IMG/VR virus record: IMGVR_UViG_3300046694_000619 | DNA length: 64,000 bases | Reading direction: 5' to 3' (one strand) | Source: a virus | Taxonomy: Duplodnaviria > Caudoviricetes | Shown here: positions 48,618 to 57,222 of the stretch, piece after piece | How the letters are laid out: each line of letters opens with the position of its first letter | Position numbering within the stretch: position 1 is the first letter of the stretch | The notes under the pieces: generated by a model | The model's database searches: none | Told to the model about the DNA's origin: nothing | What the model saw: the letters and a program-made list of their open reading frames with translations, nothing else | Made by a program: the position numbers and the translations under genes

Positions 48618-50636
48618 CGGTGCAAGTGCGTCGACAGGCACAGAGCTGCTGTTGAGCGTTCCATCGCCGAGTGCGCCTGTCGTGTTATCACCCCAGCACT
48701 TCAAGCCAGTGCCCAGCTGCGCGCAGCTGAAGTAATACCCGTCCAGCACGCGCGTCACGCCTGCGCCCAGGCCGATGACCGTCGAAGGCAATGACACGTT
48801 CGTGCGTGTGTTGTTGCCAATTTGGCCCCAGTTGTTATAGCCCCAGCACAAGGCCGCAGAATTTGCCGTGGCGCAGGCGTGGATGTTTCCCGCGCTCACG
48901 CTCGTGACGCCGGCGCCCAGGCCAGTGACCGCAACGGGCACGTTGCTGTTGGTCAGGCTGCCGTTACCCAGTTGACCGGCGCTATTCAGCCCCCAGCAAT
49001 AGAGTCCGCTGTTGACAATCGCGCAAGTAAAGTTGGCGCCAAGCGCAAAGCCCGTGACGCCCGACGTCATTCCGGTCACCTGAACAGGAACGCCGCTTTG
49101 CACGGTATTGCCGTTGCCCAGCTGCCCAGACGTGCCGGCTCCCCAACATTTCAGCCCGCCCGAGACCAGGGCGCAGGTGTGATACCACGTTCCCGCAACC
49201 CGGGTCACGCCGGAGGTGAGTCCGATAACCTGAACCGGCACGGAGCTATCGGTCAGCGTGTTGTTGCCCAACTGATAGTTCCCGTTAAGGCCCCAGCATT
49301 TCGCGCTGCCAGATACCGTTGCGCACGTATGGTAGTACCCGGCCGACAGCGTCGACACACCGCTCGCCAGTCCGCTCACCAACGTCAGGACGCCGCTGCT
49401 CGCCGTCGAATTGTTGCCCAGCTGGCCGTAGCCGTTGTATCCCCAACAGTACGCGCCCCCGTTAATCTGTGCGCACGTGTGATAGTAGCCGGCCGTGATG
49501 CTTGTCACAGGCCCTGGCAGCCCGACAACGTTGACCGGGACGAGACTGTCCGTCGTGGTTCCATTGCCAAGCTGGCCATAACCGTTAGAGCCCCAGCACT
49601 GCAGACTGCCCGACGGAGTGACGACGCAGGTGTGGTGGCCGCCGGTCGCAACCTGCACCGCCTGAATGGGCGCGCCGTTAACCGTGAGCGTGTAGACCTG
49701 CTGACCTGTTTTGGCCCGGTAGCTGGCCACGACCTGGAACGACGACCCTGCATCGTTGCGCGCGGTCGGCGTGCCGCTGAGCAGCCCATCGGCCGACACG
49801 CTCAAGCCCGCGGGCAGCCCGGTTGCGGTGAAGCTTGCCTTGCTCGCGTCAAACGAATCGTCGCCGCTCACGCTGAGCTGTGTCTTGAAGTCGTAGGGCG
49901 TGTAGGCGGTGTTCGCGCGCGCCGCGGGCAGCGTTGCCGTCGCGAGGCTCACCGCAATATCGAGCGTCACCACCTGATAGGTTTGCTGCCCATTGAAGCC
50001 GCGGTACGTCGCGCGGGCGGTTACTGAGCCGGAACCCGAGGTCACCGGTGTGCCGCCAATCCAGCCATCGCTGGTGAGATACAGCCCCGAGGGCAGCGTG
50101 CTCGACACCACAGACCACGTGACACCTGTGCCGTTGTATGAGGCATCGCCGGTAACCGACAGAAGCGAGCGCAGGTCATAGCTGTAGGCTTCCCCCACGA
50201 TGGCCTGGGGCGGCGCGCCGGCCGAGAGTGCGACCGTGATGCTGGCTACGTAAATCTGGTATCCCTGCTGACCCGCTTTGGTTTTGTACGAGGCCATCAC
50301 CTGGAAGCTCGATGTGCCCCCGGCCGTCGGTGTGCCGCTGACCGTACCATCGCTGTTGAGTGTGAGCCCCGCAGGCAGGCTGCCGGAGGTCAGACTCCAG
50401 CGCACGCCATAGCCGGTGTACGCAGCGTCGCCGGTGACCGCGAGCAGGCTTTTCAGGTTAGCGCCCGCGTACGGCTGACCGACAAGCCCACTGGGTAGGG
50501 CGCTGGCGCTGAGAGAAACTCCGATATTGCTTGTCGTTGTGCGATTGGGGACTGGCACCACGACAAAGTAGGAACTGGCGAGCGAGCCTAGGCTAGTCAG
50601 CGCGAGTGTCGCGGCCAGCAATGAGTGTTTAAGCAT
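48615..50636 (-). CDS. secreted putative-Ig-repeat protein with RCC1-like beta-propeller
   Basis: SLA|SSYFVVVPVPNRT; three LP[AS]GL repeats; seven AGxxHTCA...CWGxNxxGQLG repeats. Confidence 0.9.
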   Translation of the reverse strand: MLKHSLLAATLALTSLGSLASSYFVVVPVPNRTTTSNIGVSLSASALPSGLVGQPYAGANLKSLLAVTGDAAYTGYGVRWSLTSGSLPAGLTLNSDGTVSGTPTAGGTSSFQVMASYKTKAGQQGYQIYVASITVALSAGAPPQAIVGEAYSYDLRSLLSVTGDASYNGTGVTWSVVSSTLPSGLYLTSDGWIGGTPVTSGSGSVTARATYRGFNGQQTYQVVTLDIAVSLATATLPAARANTAYTPYDFKTQLSVSGDDSFDASKASFTATGLPAGLSVSADGLLSGTPTARNDAGSSFQVVASYRAKTGQQVYTLTVNGAPIQAVQVATGGHHTCVVTPSGSLQCWGSNGYGQLGNGTTTDSLVPVNVVGLPGPVTSITAGYYHTCAQINGGAYCWGYNGYGQLGNNSTASSGVLTLVSGLASGVSTLSAGYYHTCATVSGSAKCWGLNGNYQLGNNTLTDSSVPVQVIGLTSGVTRVAGTWYHTCALVSGGLKCWGAGTSGQLGNGNTVQSGVPVQVTGMTSGVTGFALGANFTCAIVNSGLYCWGLNSAGQLGNGSLTNSNVPVAVTGLGAGVTSVSAGNIHACATANSAALCWGYNNWGQIGNNTRTNVSLPSTVIGLGAGVTRVLDGYYFSCAQLGTGLKCWGDNTTGALGDGTLNSSSVPVDALAP

Positions 50637-50730
50637 GAAAAATCCCTTTGGGACGGACGTGCGTCAGCGACCTGGGTTACAGGCCAACTTGGTAGTTGGT
50701 ATAGCGTTGAAAGAGCTCAGCGTTTCGATG

Positions 50731-50764
50731 AAAAAACCTCCATGGCATCGCTGCGCATGGAGGT
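50731..50764 (-). terminator. intrinsic terminator
   Basis: ACCTCCATG stem followed by T tract on the minus strand. Confidence 0.75.
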
Positions 50765-50788
50765 GTGAGGGTTGGTGCTTGAAGTGGC

Positions 50789-51475
50789 CTAGAAGTCTAG
50801 GACGATGACCTTCAGCGGTTCAATCGTGCGCGGCTCGGGCGGCTGCTTGTCGAGCCACGTCCGGTACGGCCCTTGGGCATAGCCGAACAGCTCGTGTTCG
50901 CGGATGATGGTCCAGGACCACGGACCGATTTTCCCGAGCGTCAAGGCCACCTGTCGCAGCCAGTGGCTGAGTGCGGGACTTGCGTCTATACGCGCCTTGA
51001 GGCTTGCGGTTGCGGCTTCATCACGTCCCATCTTGTTTTCGCCGGCGGGCACGCGACACGCGACGGCACCATATCTTCGCCGGTTGCGGTCCCGTTCGTT
51101 GCAGACTTGGATGTCGCAGCGTTCGGTTTGATGCGCTGTAAAAAACGCCTTCATTTCGAACAGCATCTCGCGGAACTCGACGAGCTCCAGCGACGGATGC
51201 ACCGCGGGTAGCAGCAGGAGCTTTGCCAGGTTCAGCGTGAGCATCGTGCCGCGTTCAACGGGCGTCAACTCGAGGTCAATTTCCGTAATGGCTTTCTTGA
51301 TGGCATCCAGTCGCAGGTTTGCGGTCGGCAGGTCCATGAACATGGCGGCTAGATACTCGCGCGCCTGGTCTTTCGTGCGCACGGGTTCCCGGTCATCTGC
51401 GATAAAGATGATTTTGCCATCTGCGTCGGCCGAGGCGATGAGAGTCAGCAGTGTGTCGGTGTTGGTTCTGAGCAT
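50789..51475 (-). CDS. hypothetical protein
   Basis: GGAGG RBS; CTATAC 36 nt upstream. Confidence 0.72.
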   Translation of the reverse strand: MLRTNTDTLLTLIASADADGKIIFIADDREPVRTKDQAREYLAAMFMDLPTANLRLDAIKKAITEIDLELTPVERGTMLTLNLAKLLLLPAVHPSLELVEFREMLFEMKAFFTAHQTERCDIQVCNERDRNRRRYGAVACRVPAGENKMGRDEAATASLKARIDASPALSHWLRQVALTLGKIGPWSWTIIREHELFGYAQGPYRTWLDKQPPEPRTIEPLKVIVLDF

Positions 51476-51520
51476 GATGTTTCCTCCGTGAATGTTAGAC
51501 TAATCCAATCCGTATAGAAG

Positions 51521-51559
51521 AAAAACGAGAGCCTCCAAACGCAAGGCGTAGGGAGGCTC
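51521..51559 (-). terminator. intrinsic terminator closing the 57189-51621 operon
   Basis: GAGCCTCC...GGAGGCTC stem followed by T5 on the minus strand. Confidence 0.7.
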
Positions 51560-51620
51560 AAGGTGTTGGACTGCGTCAGTCTGGACGAACAGTTAGCACG
51601 CGCCGACGGACATCGTCGGC

Positions 51621-51755
51621 CTAGCCAAGAGAGGACACGTCGCCAGGCGCTTCCTCTTTCACCGTTTCGCACCGTTCGCATCGAACGAGGCTGTCGTACC
51701 CGCTGCCGTAGCGTTCCCAGACGTGCTCGCAAAAGAGTCGTTTGAGCCAGTTCAT
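51621..51755 (-). CDS. small Cys/His protein (DUF1660-like)
   Basis: MNWLKRLFCEHVW...CERC; ATGA overlap with the NadM-like gene. Confidence 0.55.
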   Translation of the reverse strand: MNWLKRLFCEHVWERYGSGYDSLVRCERCETVKEEAPGDVSSLG

Positions 51756-52354
51756 GCGGGCGAAGTCTCCAGCGCACGCTGCGTATAATCGTCCGCGAGG
51801 ACCTGATACCCGGGCGTCGACATCCACTGCTCGAGGAAGCCGAGCGCGCCGGCGGGAACCATTTCCTGCATTTCGGCAAGACGCGCCTCGAGCGGCCGGC
51901 GTTGGTCGAACATCACATTGCGCACGGTCGTGGCATCGAGGTCGTTCGCCCGCGGGACGCTCTCGAGCTGCCAGTCCGGGAAGAAGTTGAGGTAGTAGCT
52001 CGAATCGTCCTTGAAGTGGCCGATAAGCGCGACGCGCCCCGCGCCTGGAACTGCCTGCGCTACAACATCCTGAACCTTCGCGACCCAGCTTTCGTTGTCA
52101 CCGAAGTCCGGCACCGGCGCAAACAGAACGCGGTTCACGGCATCGCCGGCGATACAGCTCGCAATCATGACCATGCGCTGGTCAGCGCACAGCGGATTCT
52201 TGAGGCTGCTTGGCGCGCCGTCCGAGCCGAGCACCATGACGACCCACTTTCCCAGGGCGAGCGCCTGCAGCACGAGCGCGTCGTGGCCATTGTGATAAGG
52301 CTCGAAGCGGCCGATATAAACGACCACGTCATACGGATAGTTTTTCTCTTGCAT
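51752..52354 (-). CDS. NadM-type NMN adenylyltransferase domain (no Nudix domain)
   Basis: YIGRFEPYHNGH (HxGH), LGS, KNPL, GHFKDDSSYYLNFFPDW, DATTVR. Confidence 0.85.
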   Translation of the reverse strand: MQEKNYPYDVVVYIGRFEPYHNGHDALVLQALALGKWVVMVLGSDGAPSSLKNPLCADQRMVMIASCIAGDAVNRVLFAPVPDFGDNESWVAKVQDVVAQAVPGAGRVALIGHFKDDSSYYLNFFPDWQLESVPRANDLDATTVRNVMFDQRRPLEARLAEMQEMVPAGALGFLEQWMSTPGYQVLADDYTQRALETSPA

Positions 52355-52355
52355 A

Positions 52356-53006
52356 TCAACCCTGTGCGGCAACGCGCGCGAGCGCCTGCGTGAATCGCGG
52401 CAAGGCGAGCGCCGTGCCGTAGAGGTACGACTGGCCTTTGAAATGCCGCAAGCCGTAGGAGCCGACCTCGAGACCGGCGACGACCAGGTCCGTCTGCGCT
52501 GCGCCGCATTCTTCCCGGTCGATGCGCATCCCGATAGGACCTTCCGCATAGAGCGCCACCGCACGGAACATCATCTCCTGCGCGGCCATCAGCTCATCGA
52601 GGCGCGTCCGCCATCCGGACACATCGGTGCGCTCGAGCGACACATACCACTCAGCCTTCATGAAGCCGTGCTGATGAGTCTCGTCGAGCACCGACTCGTC
52701 ACGAAGGCAGGGCGTCCAGCCGATGAATCCCGGCGCGCCGCCAGCCAAAAGGCCCTGTTCGCGCAACATCAGGAAACTCTGTTCGCCCGAGCCCACGAAT
52801 GAACCGTGCGGGGTGGAGATGTCCCGGCAGAATGCAGGTCGGTGCGCAGCGGCGTACCCACCCGGAACCATCCACGGCAGGTCGACATACATGAAGCCTT
52901 GCGTCTGCCACCACTGGATGGCCAGATGCAGAAGCAGGAGGCTGTTCGGGGGAAAGGGGCCCGTTACGGCGGGCGCACGTGGTTCAGTTCGAAGTACGAC
53001 GGCCAT
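52356..53006 (-). CDS. minimal class II aminoacyl-tRNA-synthetase-like catalytic domain
   Basis: Motif 1 GFMYVDLPW, motif 2 CLRDE...HQHGFMKAEWY, LEVGSYG, motif 3 GTALALPRF; no anticodon-binding domain. Confidence 0.72.
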   Translation of the reverse strand: MAVVLRTEPRAPAVTGPFPPNSLLLLHLAIQWWQTQGFMYVDLPWMVPGGYAAAHRPAFCRDISTPHGSFVGSGEQSFLMLREQGLLAGGAPGFIGWTPCLRDESVLDETHQHGFMKAEWYVSLERTDVSGWRTRLDELMAAQEMMFRAVALYAEGPIGMRIDREECGAAQTDLVVAGLEVGSYGLRHFKGQSYLYGTALALPRFTQALARVAAQG

Positions 53007-53280
53007 TGACGAATGCTCGCTGGGTGATGTTGGAGAACGTGAGAAGGTCTTGCATCGTCAGGCCGGGCAGGTGGCGCTCCATGAACTTCTGGATGGCGCC
53101 CACCATGTCCGAAAGCTCGACGGCCGCCATCACGCGCGAGCCTTGCTCCATCGCGTCGCGCAACTCGTCGAGTTCTTCCTGAATCTTCGAGAGCTCGCCG
53201 AGCTCTCCCTTGGGGATTGCCACCAGGTGATAGCCGGGCTTCGCCACAGCGACTGCGGGCAGGGGTACGTGTGAGGTCAT
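52984..53280 (-). CDS. MazG-like all-alpha nucleotide pyrophosphohydrolase
   Basis: KIQEELDELRDA...VELSDMVGAI (EExxE...ExxD); alternative start 53301. Confidence 0.68.
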   Translation of the reverse strand: MTSHVPLPAVAVAKPGYHLVAIPKGELGELSKIQEELDELRDAMEQGSRVMAAVELSDMVGAIQKFMERHLPGLTMQDLLTFSNITQRAFVNGRRTSN

Positions 53281-53293
53281 GGGTTCAATCTCT

Positions 53294-53740
53294 TCAGTCA
53301 TCGGTTGGCACGTGCGATTCTTCAATGTCCTCGCGACTGCGGTCCTGCTGCCGACGAGCATTTGCGTATTCGTTGAGGTAACAGGCTTCCCGGACCGTGA
53401 GCGGGCGGCAGAGCTTTTGCACTTTGGCGAGGTAGCTGGCGACTTGCTCGTACCTCCGCGCGCCTTCGTCGATGCCACCTGTCCACGGCTGTAGTTCCAT
53501 CAGCGCGAGGTCATAGCGGTGAGTCACCCAGAAGGCACAGGCGAACACAGGGGCGCCCGCGAGTAGCACGAACCAGGGGTAGGTGCTTGCCTCATAGAGG
53601 AAGCCATAGGCAAGGCACAAGCCAACGGTCAGCGTCCAGAAAAACGTCAGCGCAAGCCGCGCCCGACCACGCAATGGAACGCGCTCGGCGTCCAGCTGCT
53701 CTGTTGCCGGCGGCGCGGCGCGAAGGTCGATGGACTTCAT
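53294..53740 (-). CDS. membrane protein (paralog of 53737..54213)
   Basis: IDL.A.PP....L.AER, two TM segments, VASYL, LT..EA. Confidence 0.68.
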   Translation of the reverse strand: MKSIDLRAAPPATEQLDAERVPLRGRARLALTFFWTLTVGLCLAYGFLYEASTYPWFVLLAGAPVFACAFWVTHRYDLALMELQPWTGGIDEGARRYEQVASYLAKVQKLCRPLTVREACYLNEYANARRQQDRSREDIEESHVPTDD

Positions 53741-54213
53741 GCGGCAGGCTTCTCGACGCCTGTACCATGAACCGCCCGCCAGGCCTCGACCGCGCGCTCG
53801 TGGTCGACGAGCTCAATGGTCTTGCGGGCATACCGCCGGATTTCGCCCGCTTCCAGTCGTGTCAGTTCTCGCCCTTGGTGCTGAAGCGCGCCAAGGTAAC
53901 TCGCTACCACCGGCTCCCGCTTCGCTGTCTCGAGCGGCAGACACTGGAGCGGCGTCACCGGAGACAGCAGCTCCCGCTCAAACGAAAACCGCATGAGGAA
54001 TACGGCGACAGCCCCCAACGACAAGGCGAAACCGAACCCGGCAAGGCCGCCGCCCATGAACGAATCTCGCGTGAGCCAGACCACAGGCACCATGCCCACT
54101 ACGAGAGGGATAAGGCGCAGCAGCCACCGGCGCTGAAGCACAGCGATGTGCTGGCGCTCTGCCTCGAGCACGTCCTGTGTAGGTGGCGTCGCAGTCAGGT
54201 CAATCTTCAGCAT
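53737..54213 (-). CDS. membrane protein
   Basis: Same motifs as the downstream paralog. Confidence 0.68.
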   Translation of the reverse strand: MLKIDLTATPPTQDVLEAERQHIAVLQRRWLLRLIPLVVGMVPVVWLTRDSFMGGGLAGFGFALSLGAVAVFLMRFSFERELLSPVTPLQCLPLETAKREPVVASYLGALQHQGRELTRLEAGEIRRYARKTIELVDHERAVEAWRAVHGTGVEKPAA

Positions 54214-54222
54214 GCCGCCCCC

Positions 54223-54747
54223 TTACGCCGGCTCGCGCTTCGCAGGCGCATCTTCACCGAAGAGCGCGTGGTACCGCTCGGGCGTAAACTGGTCGCTGTC
54301 AAAGTACCAGCGCTTGGCCGAGTCAATGCTGACCGGACGTGTGCTCGCGAAGCGCCGGCATCCGGCATCGAGGCAGGGCTTGGCCACATCGAAGATGCCT
54401 TCGGTTTCCGTCTCCAGGTCCGATTCGTAGCTGAACACGAACCAACGGCCGCTTTTGGTGACCGCCAGGCCGGGTTGGCTCATCCACGTGTTGAAGCGGT
54501 CGTGAAGATACGGCTTGCCGACAGCGATGATGGTCGAGTCGGCGCCCCTGAAAACGAGCGTCGGAGCGGGCTTGCCGTTAAAGGGGGGCGGCTCTTCGAA
54601 TTCGAGTTTGCTGAAATCCTTCGGTAGCGCGACATCCATGGCGTGGGTGACGTCAGCTTTCAGCATGTCCTGCGTGGGGCCGCCACATCCCGTGAGGGCC
54701 GCGGCTAGCGCGCCGGCAAGCGCCAGTGTCTTGAGAAATTTTTGCAT
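54223..54747 (-). CDS. putative lipoprotein
   Basis: Lipobox LTG-C after a signal peptide. Confidence 0.7.
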   Translation of the reverse strand: MQKFLKTLALAGALAAALTGCGGPTQDMLKADVTHAMDVALPKDFSKLEFEEPPPFNGKPAPTLVFRGADSTIIAVGKPYLHDRFNTWMSQPGLAVTKSGRWFVFSYESDLETETEGIFDVAKPCLDAGCRRFASTRPVSIDSAKRWYFDSDQFTPERYHALFGEDAPAKREPA

Positions 54748-54768
54748 TGAAAACGAATCCCTTTGAAC

Positions 54769-55104
54769 TCAGCTGTGCGCCGGCGTGCGGCTCGCTATCA
54801 CAAGTGCTGCGAGTACTGTGATGAAAATCGCCTTGCGAAGGGCGAAGATGAGTGCGATACCGACGACGAGTGCCATCAGTACATTGCCGTCGGCCAGGAG
54901 CCGGCCATTGGATGTGACTTCGGCTGCCAGCGTCAGATGCGTCCATTGCGCAAGCATCGCGATGCACGCCCAGACGCCAATCAGCGCGACAGTCATCACG
55001 CCGCGATGGAAAGCGGGCGGCGTGATAGCGCCGTTTTGTTGGCCCGCGACGTAAGCAACACGTGCCTCGCGCGCCGGAGAGAAAAAGCGCTTCAGTCTGT
55101 TCAT
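54769..55104 (-). CDS. membrane protein
   Basis: GAGGA RBS; three TM segments; ATGA overlap. Confidence 0.6.
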   Translation of the reverse strand: MNRLKRFFSPAREARVAYVAGQQNGAITPPAFHRGVMTVALIGVWACIAMLAQWTHLTLAAEVTSNGRLLADGNVLMALVVGIALIFALRKAIFITVLAALVIASRTPAHS

Positions 55105-55604
55105 GCTGGGAGTTCCTCGGTGACCCACGCAAACGGCTGCGGTGTCAGTGTCTTGGGCAAATAAAGCGGATGCCCTGGATGCCCGTCTTTCGTCAGGCGC
55201 AGGTAGCGCATTTCCGGGATGAGCTGCTTCACCCGTGAGTCGCGCTCCATGTGGGTGCCGTGCACACCCCACGCAGCCACGACAAGGCCCGCGCGCCGCG
55301 CGAGTCGCTCAAGCCAGACATCGTTTTCTGGTCCTACCGGGTCATTGGCCGCGAGCATGGCTGCGGGGTCCGTTGAGCGGAAGGCAAAGAGATTGACCAT
55401 GCACACGCCGCTATATCCCCAGGCCTTCGCGAACGCGATGCATCGGCGGATAGTCGGGTCATCGTTATTTTCGTCTGCCGTGCTCGGGTTGAGCCCGATA
55501 AACAGGACGTATCCGCGGTCGACAGCGCCAGCCTGCGCGCCCCATGCGCGCCAGAGCGCGTAACGGTAGAGCCGACAGGGCGAGAAGTGGGCGCTTCGGT
55601 CCAT
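55101..55604 (-). CDS. DUF1643 family protein
   Basis: YRYALWR, FIGLNPSTAD...DPTIRRC, NLFAFRSTDP, VAAWG, HPLY. Confidence 0.9.
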   Translation of the reverse strand: MDRSAHFSPCRLYRYALWRAWGAQAGAVDRGYVLFIGLNPSTADENNDDPTIRRCIAFAKAWGYSGVCMVNLFAFRSTDPAAMLAANDPVGPENDVWLERLARRAGLVVAAWGVHGTHMERDSRVKQLIPEMRYLRLTKDGHPGHPLYLPKTLTPQPFAWVTEELPA

Positions 55605-55621
55605 GGCAAAGTCTCCAGTTG

Positions 55622-56050
55622 TCAGAGTGCTACGCCGCGCAACTCGTACCACGAGTCTTCCGGGCCGGCCTCATTGCATTCATCCGAGAAGTCATACTCG
55701 ATGCTCACGCCCAGGCCCTGTTCGCGAGCCCAAGCCGTAAATTCGAGCCAGACGTCGTGATTTGCATGCGTTGCTGCGTCGATTCGCTTGCCGTTGTCGT
55801 AGATGCCGAGGAGTTGCTGGATATGCCCCGCGCGGTCCGCGCGCCGCAGCTCAATGGGGATAAACCGGCCCGAATTACGTATCGAGCTTTCAATTCGCAC
55901 CTTGTACGATTCAAAGAGTGCAACCGTCTCATCGCGCCGAGCGGCTCGATGAACTGCGGCTTGCCTCTGCTCGCGCTGAACCCGCGCCGCCGCGGCAGCG
56001 GGTTCAGCCGCGGCGGTTTGCTTGAGGATAGTTCCCAGATTCGTAGTCAT
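55622..56050 (-). CDS. hypothetical protein (paralog of 19141..19581)
   Basis: NLG..LK, VWLEF..W...GL, SWYEL. Confidence 0.65.
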   Translation of the reverse strand: MTTNLGTILKQTAAAEPAAAAARVQREQRQAAVHRAARRDETVALFESYKVRIESSIRNSGRFIPIELRRADRAGHIQQLLGIYDNGKRIDAATHANHDVWLEFTAWAREQGLGVSIEYDFSDECNEAGPEDSWYELRGVAL

Positions 56051-56091
56051 ATCTGCCCTTTTTTTGAGGTTGAGTGGCCGGTGGTGCGCGC

Positions 56092-57189
56092 TCAGGCGGC
56101 TGCCGGCAGGTCGTAGTTGACTGCGCCTCGGGCGAACCGTTGACGCGAGAACTGGACCACGACTTCCGGGTCATGGGTCGCAAACACGAAACGACCCTCG
56201 TCGATGTTCACTTCCTTGAGCAGGTTGATGTCCAAGGTGTAGGACTCGGGTTCGCTCAGCCCATCTGCGGGAACCTCACCTTCATCGAATCCGTAGAAGG
56301 TCACTTCCATGCCGTTCAGGCTGAGCGGGCTCCGGTTTACCTCGTTGTGGCTCTGGCCATCACACAAAATGGGCGCGCCGTTGCGCAGCCCCTTGATGTT
56401 GTACTGGCCACCTTCGTCGTTCTGCGGACGCATGTTCAGCATCTGCATCGCGTCGGTTGCATTCTCGTTGTAGCGGTTCATTTCCTCGACGAGCGCCTGC
56501 AGCATGTCGAACGTGAACTCGGTGAAGAACGCCGCGACGTTCAAAACGCCGCTCAGGTTCGACTTGTTTTCCAGATTGTCGACGCAGTATTCCTCGACGA
56601 AAGCGCGCGGCAGGCCTGCGAAGTCCAGCGAGTAGAACAGGCGGCCTGGTCGGTTAATCATGTGCTTGTCGATGCGGCTGCGGTCGTTGACCGTCAGCAG
56701 GAACAACTTCTTCGACGGATACAGGCCGTCGAGCAGCGTCAGCAGGTGCGGCTGTTTTTCATGGTCGTACACCTTTTCGAATTCGTCGAAGAGGATGATG
56801 GCCGACTGCGACATGCCGCCGATGAAGGCGTTAAATTCGTCGCCACAGAAGGGTTCATTGACCACCAGTGTCGGGATGTCCAGTTCCTGCCCGAGCTGCG
56901 AGACGCGCTTGGTCAGCATCGTCTTGCCTGCGCCCTTGTGGCCCGAAAGCAGCACGCCAGTGCCCGACGGACGGCAGCCGAACGTGTTCAGGATGCGGTG
57001 CGCACGGCTGTTTACGTCGCCGTAGAGCTTCGCCGGCAGCTTGAAGTCTTCGATGCGCTCCAGATAGAAACCAATCAGCGCGCCATGGCGCACTGCGTAC
57101 GTGCCCGGCGGCAGGACCGGCTCGACGGCGAGCGCTTCAGTGCTGGTCGGAAAGTATTCGTTGCCGTCACGGCGGTAGACACGGGTCAT
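56092..57189 (-). CDS. AAA-family ATPase (phage-type, BCS1-like)
   Basis: Walker A GHKGAGKT, Walker B ILFDEFEK, LLDG, NRPGR. Confidence 0.9.
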   Translation of the reverse strand: MTRVYRRDGNEYFPTSTEALAVEPVLPPGTYAVRHGALIGFYLERIEDFKLPAKLYGDVNSRAHRILNTFGCRPSGTGVLLSGHKGAGKTMLTKRVSQLGQELDIPTLVVNEPFCGDEFNAFIGGMSQSAIILFDEFEKVYDHEKQPHLLTLLDGLYPSKKLFLLTVNDRSRIDKHMINRPGRLFYSLDFAGLPRAFVEEYCVDNLENKSNLSGVLNVAAFFTEFTFDMLQALVEEMNRYNENATDAMQMLNMRPQNDEGGQYNIKGLRNGAPILCDGQSHNEVNRSPLSLNGMEVTFYGFDEGEVPADGLSEPESYTLDINLLKEVNIDEGRFVFATHDPEVVVQFSRQRFARGAVNYDLPAAA

Positions 57190-57222
57190 GCGATTCCCTG
57201 TAGCGTTCAAGTGATGATTTGA

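Noticed and set aside
30070-50636. Diversity-generating retroelement or shufflon acting on the Ig-repeat proteins
   Set aside because: No reverse transcriptase, recombinase or adenine-variant template repeat was seen in the window; each gene is complete with its own upstream motif.
52356-53006. Functional tRNA synthetase or true EpmA
   Set aside because: At 216 aa it is too short, lacks an anticodon domain, and has no efp/epmB context.
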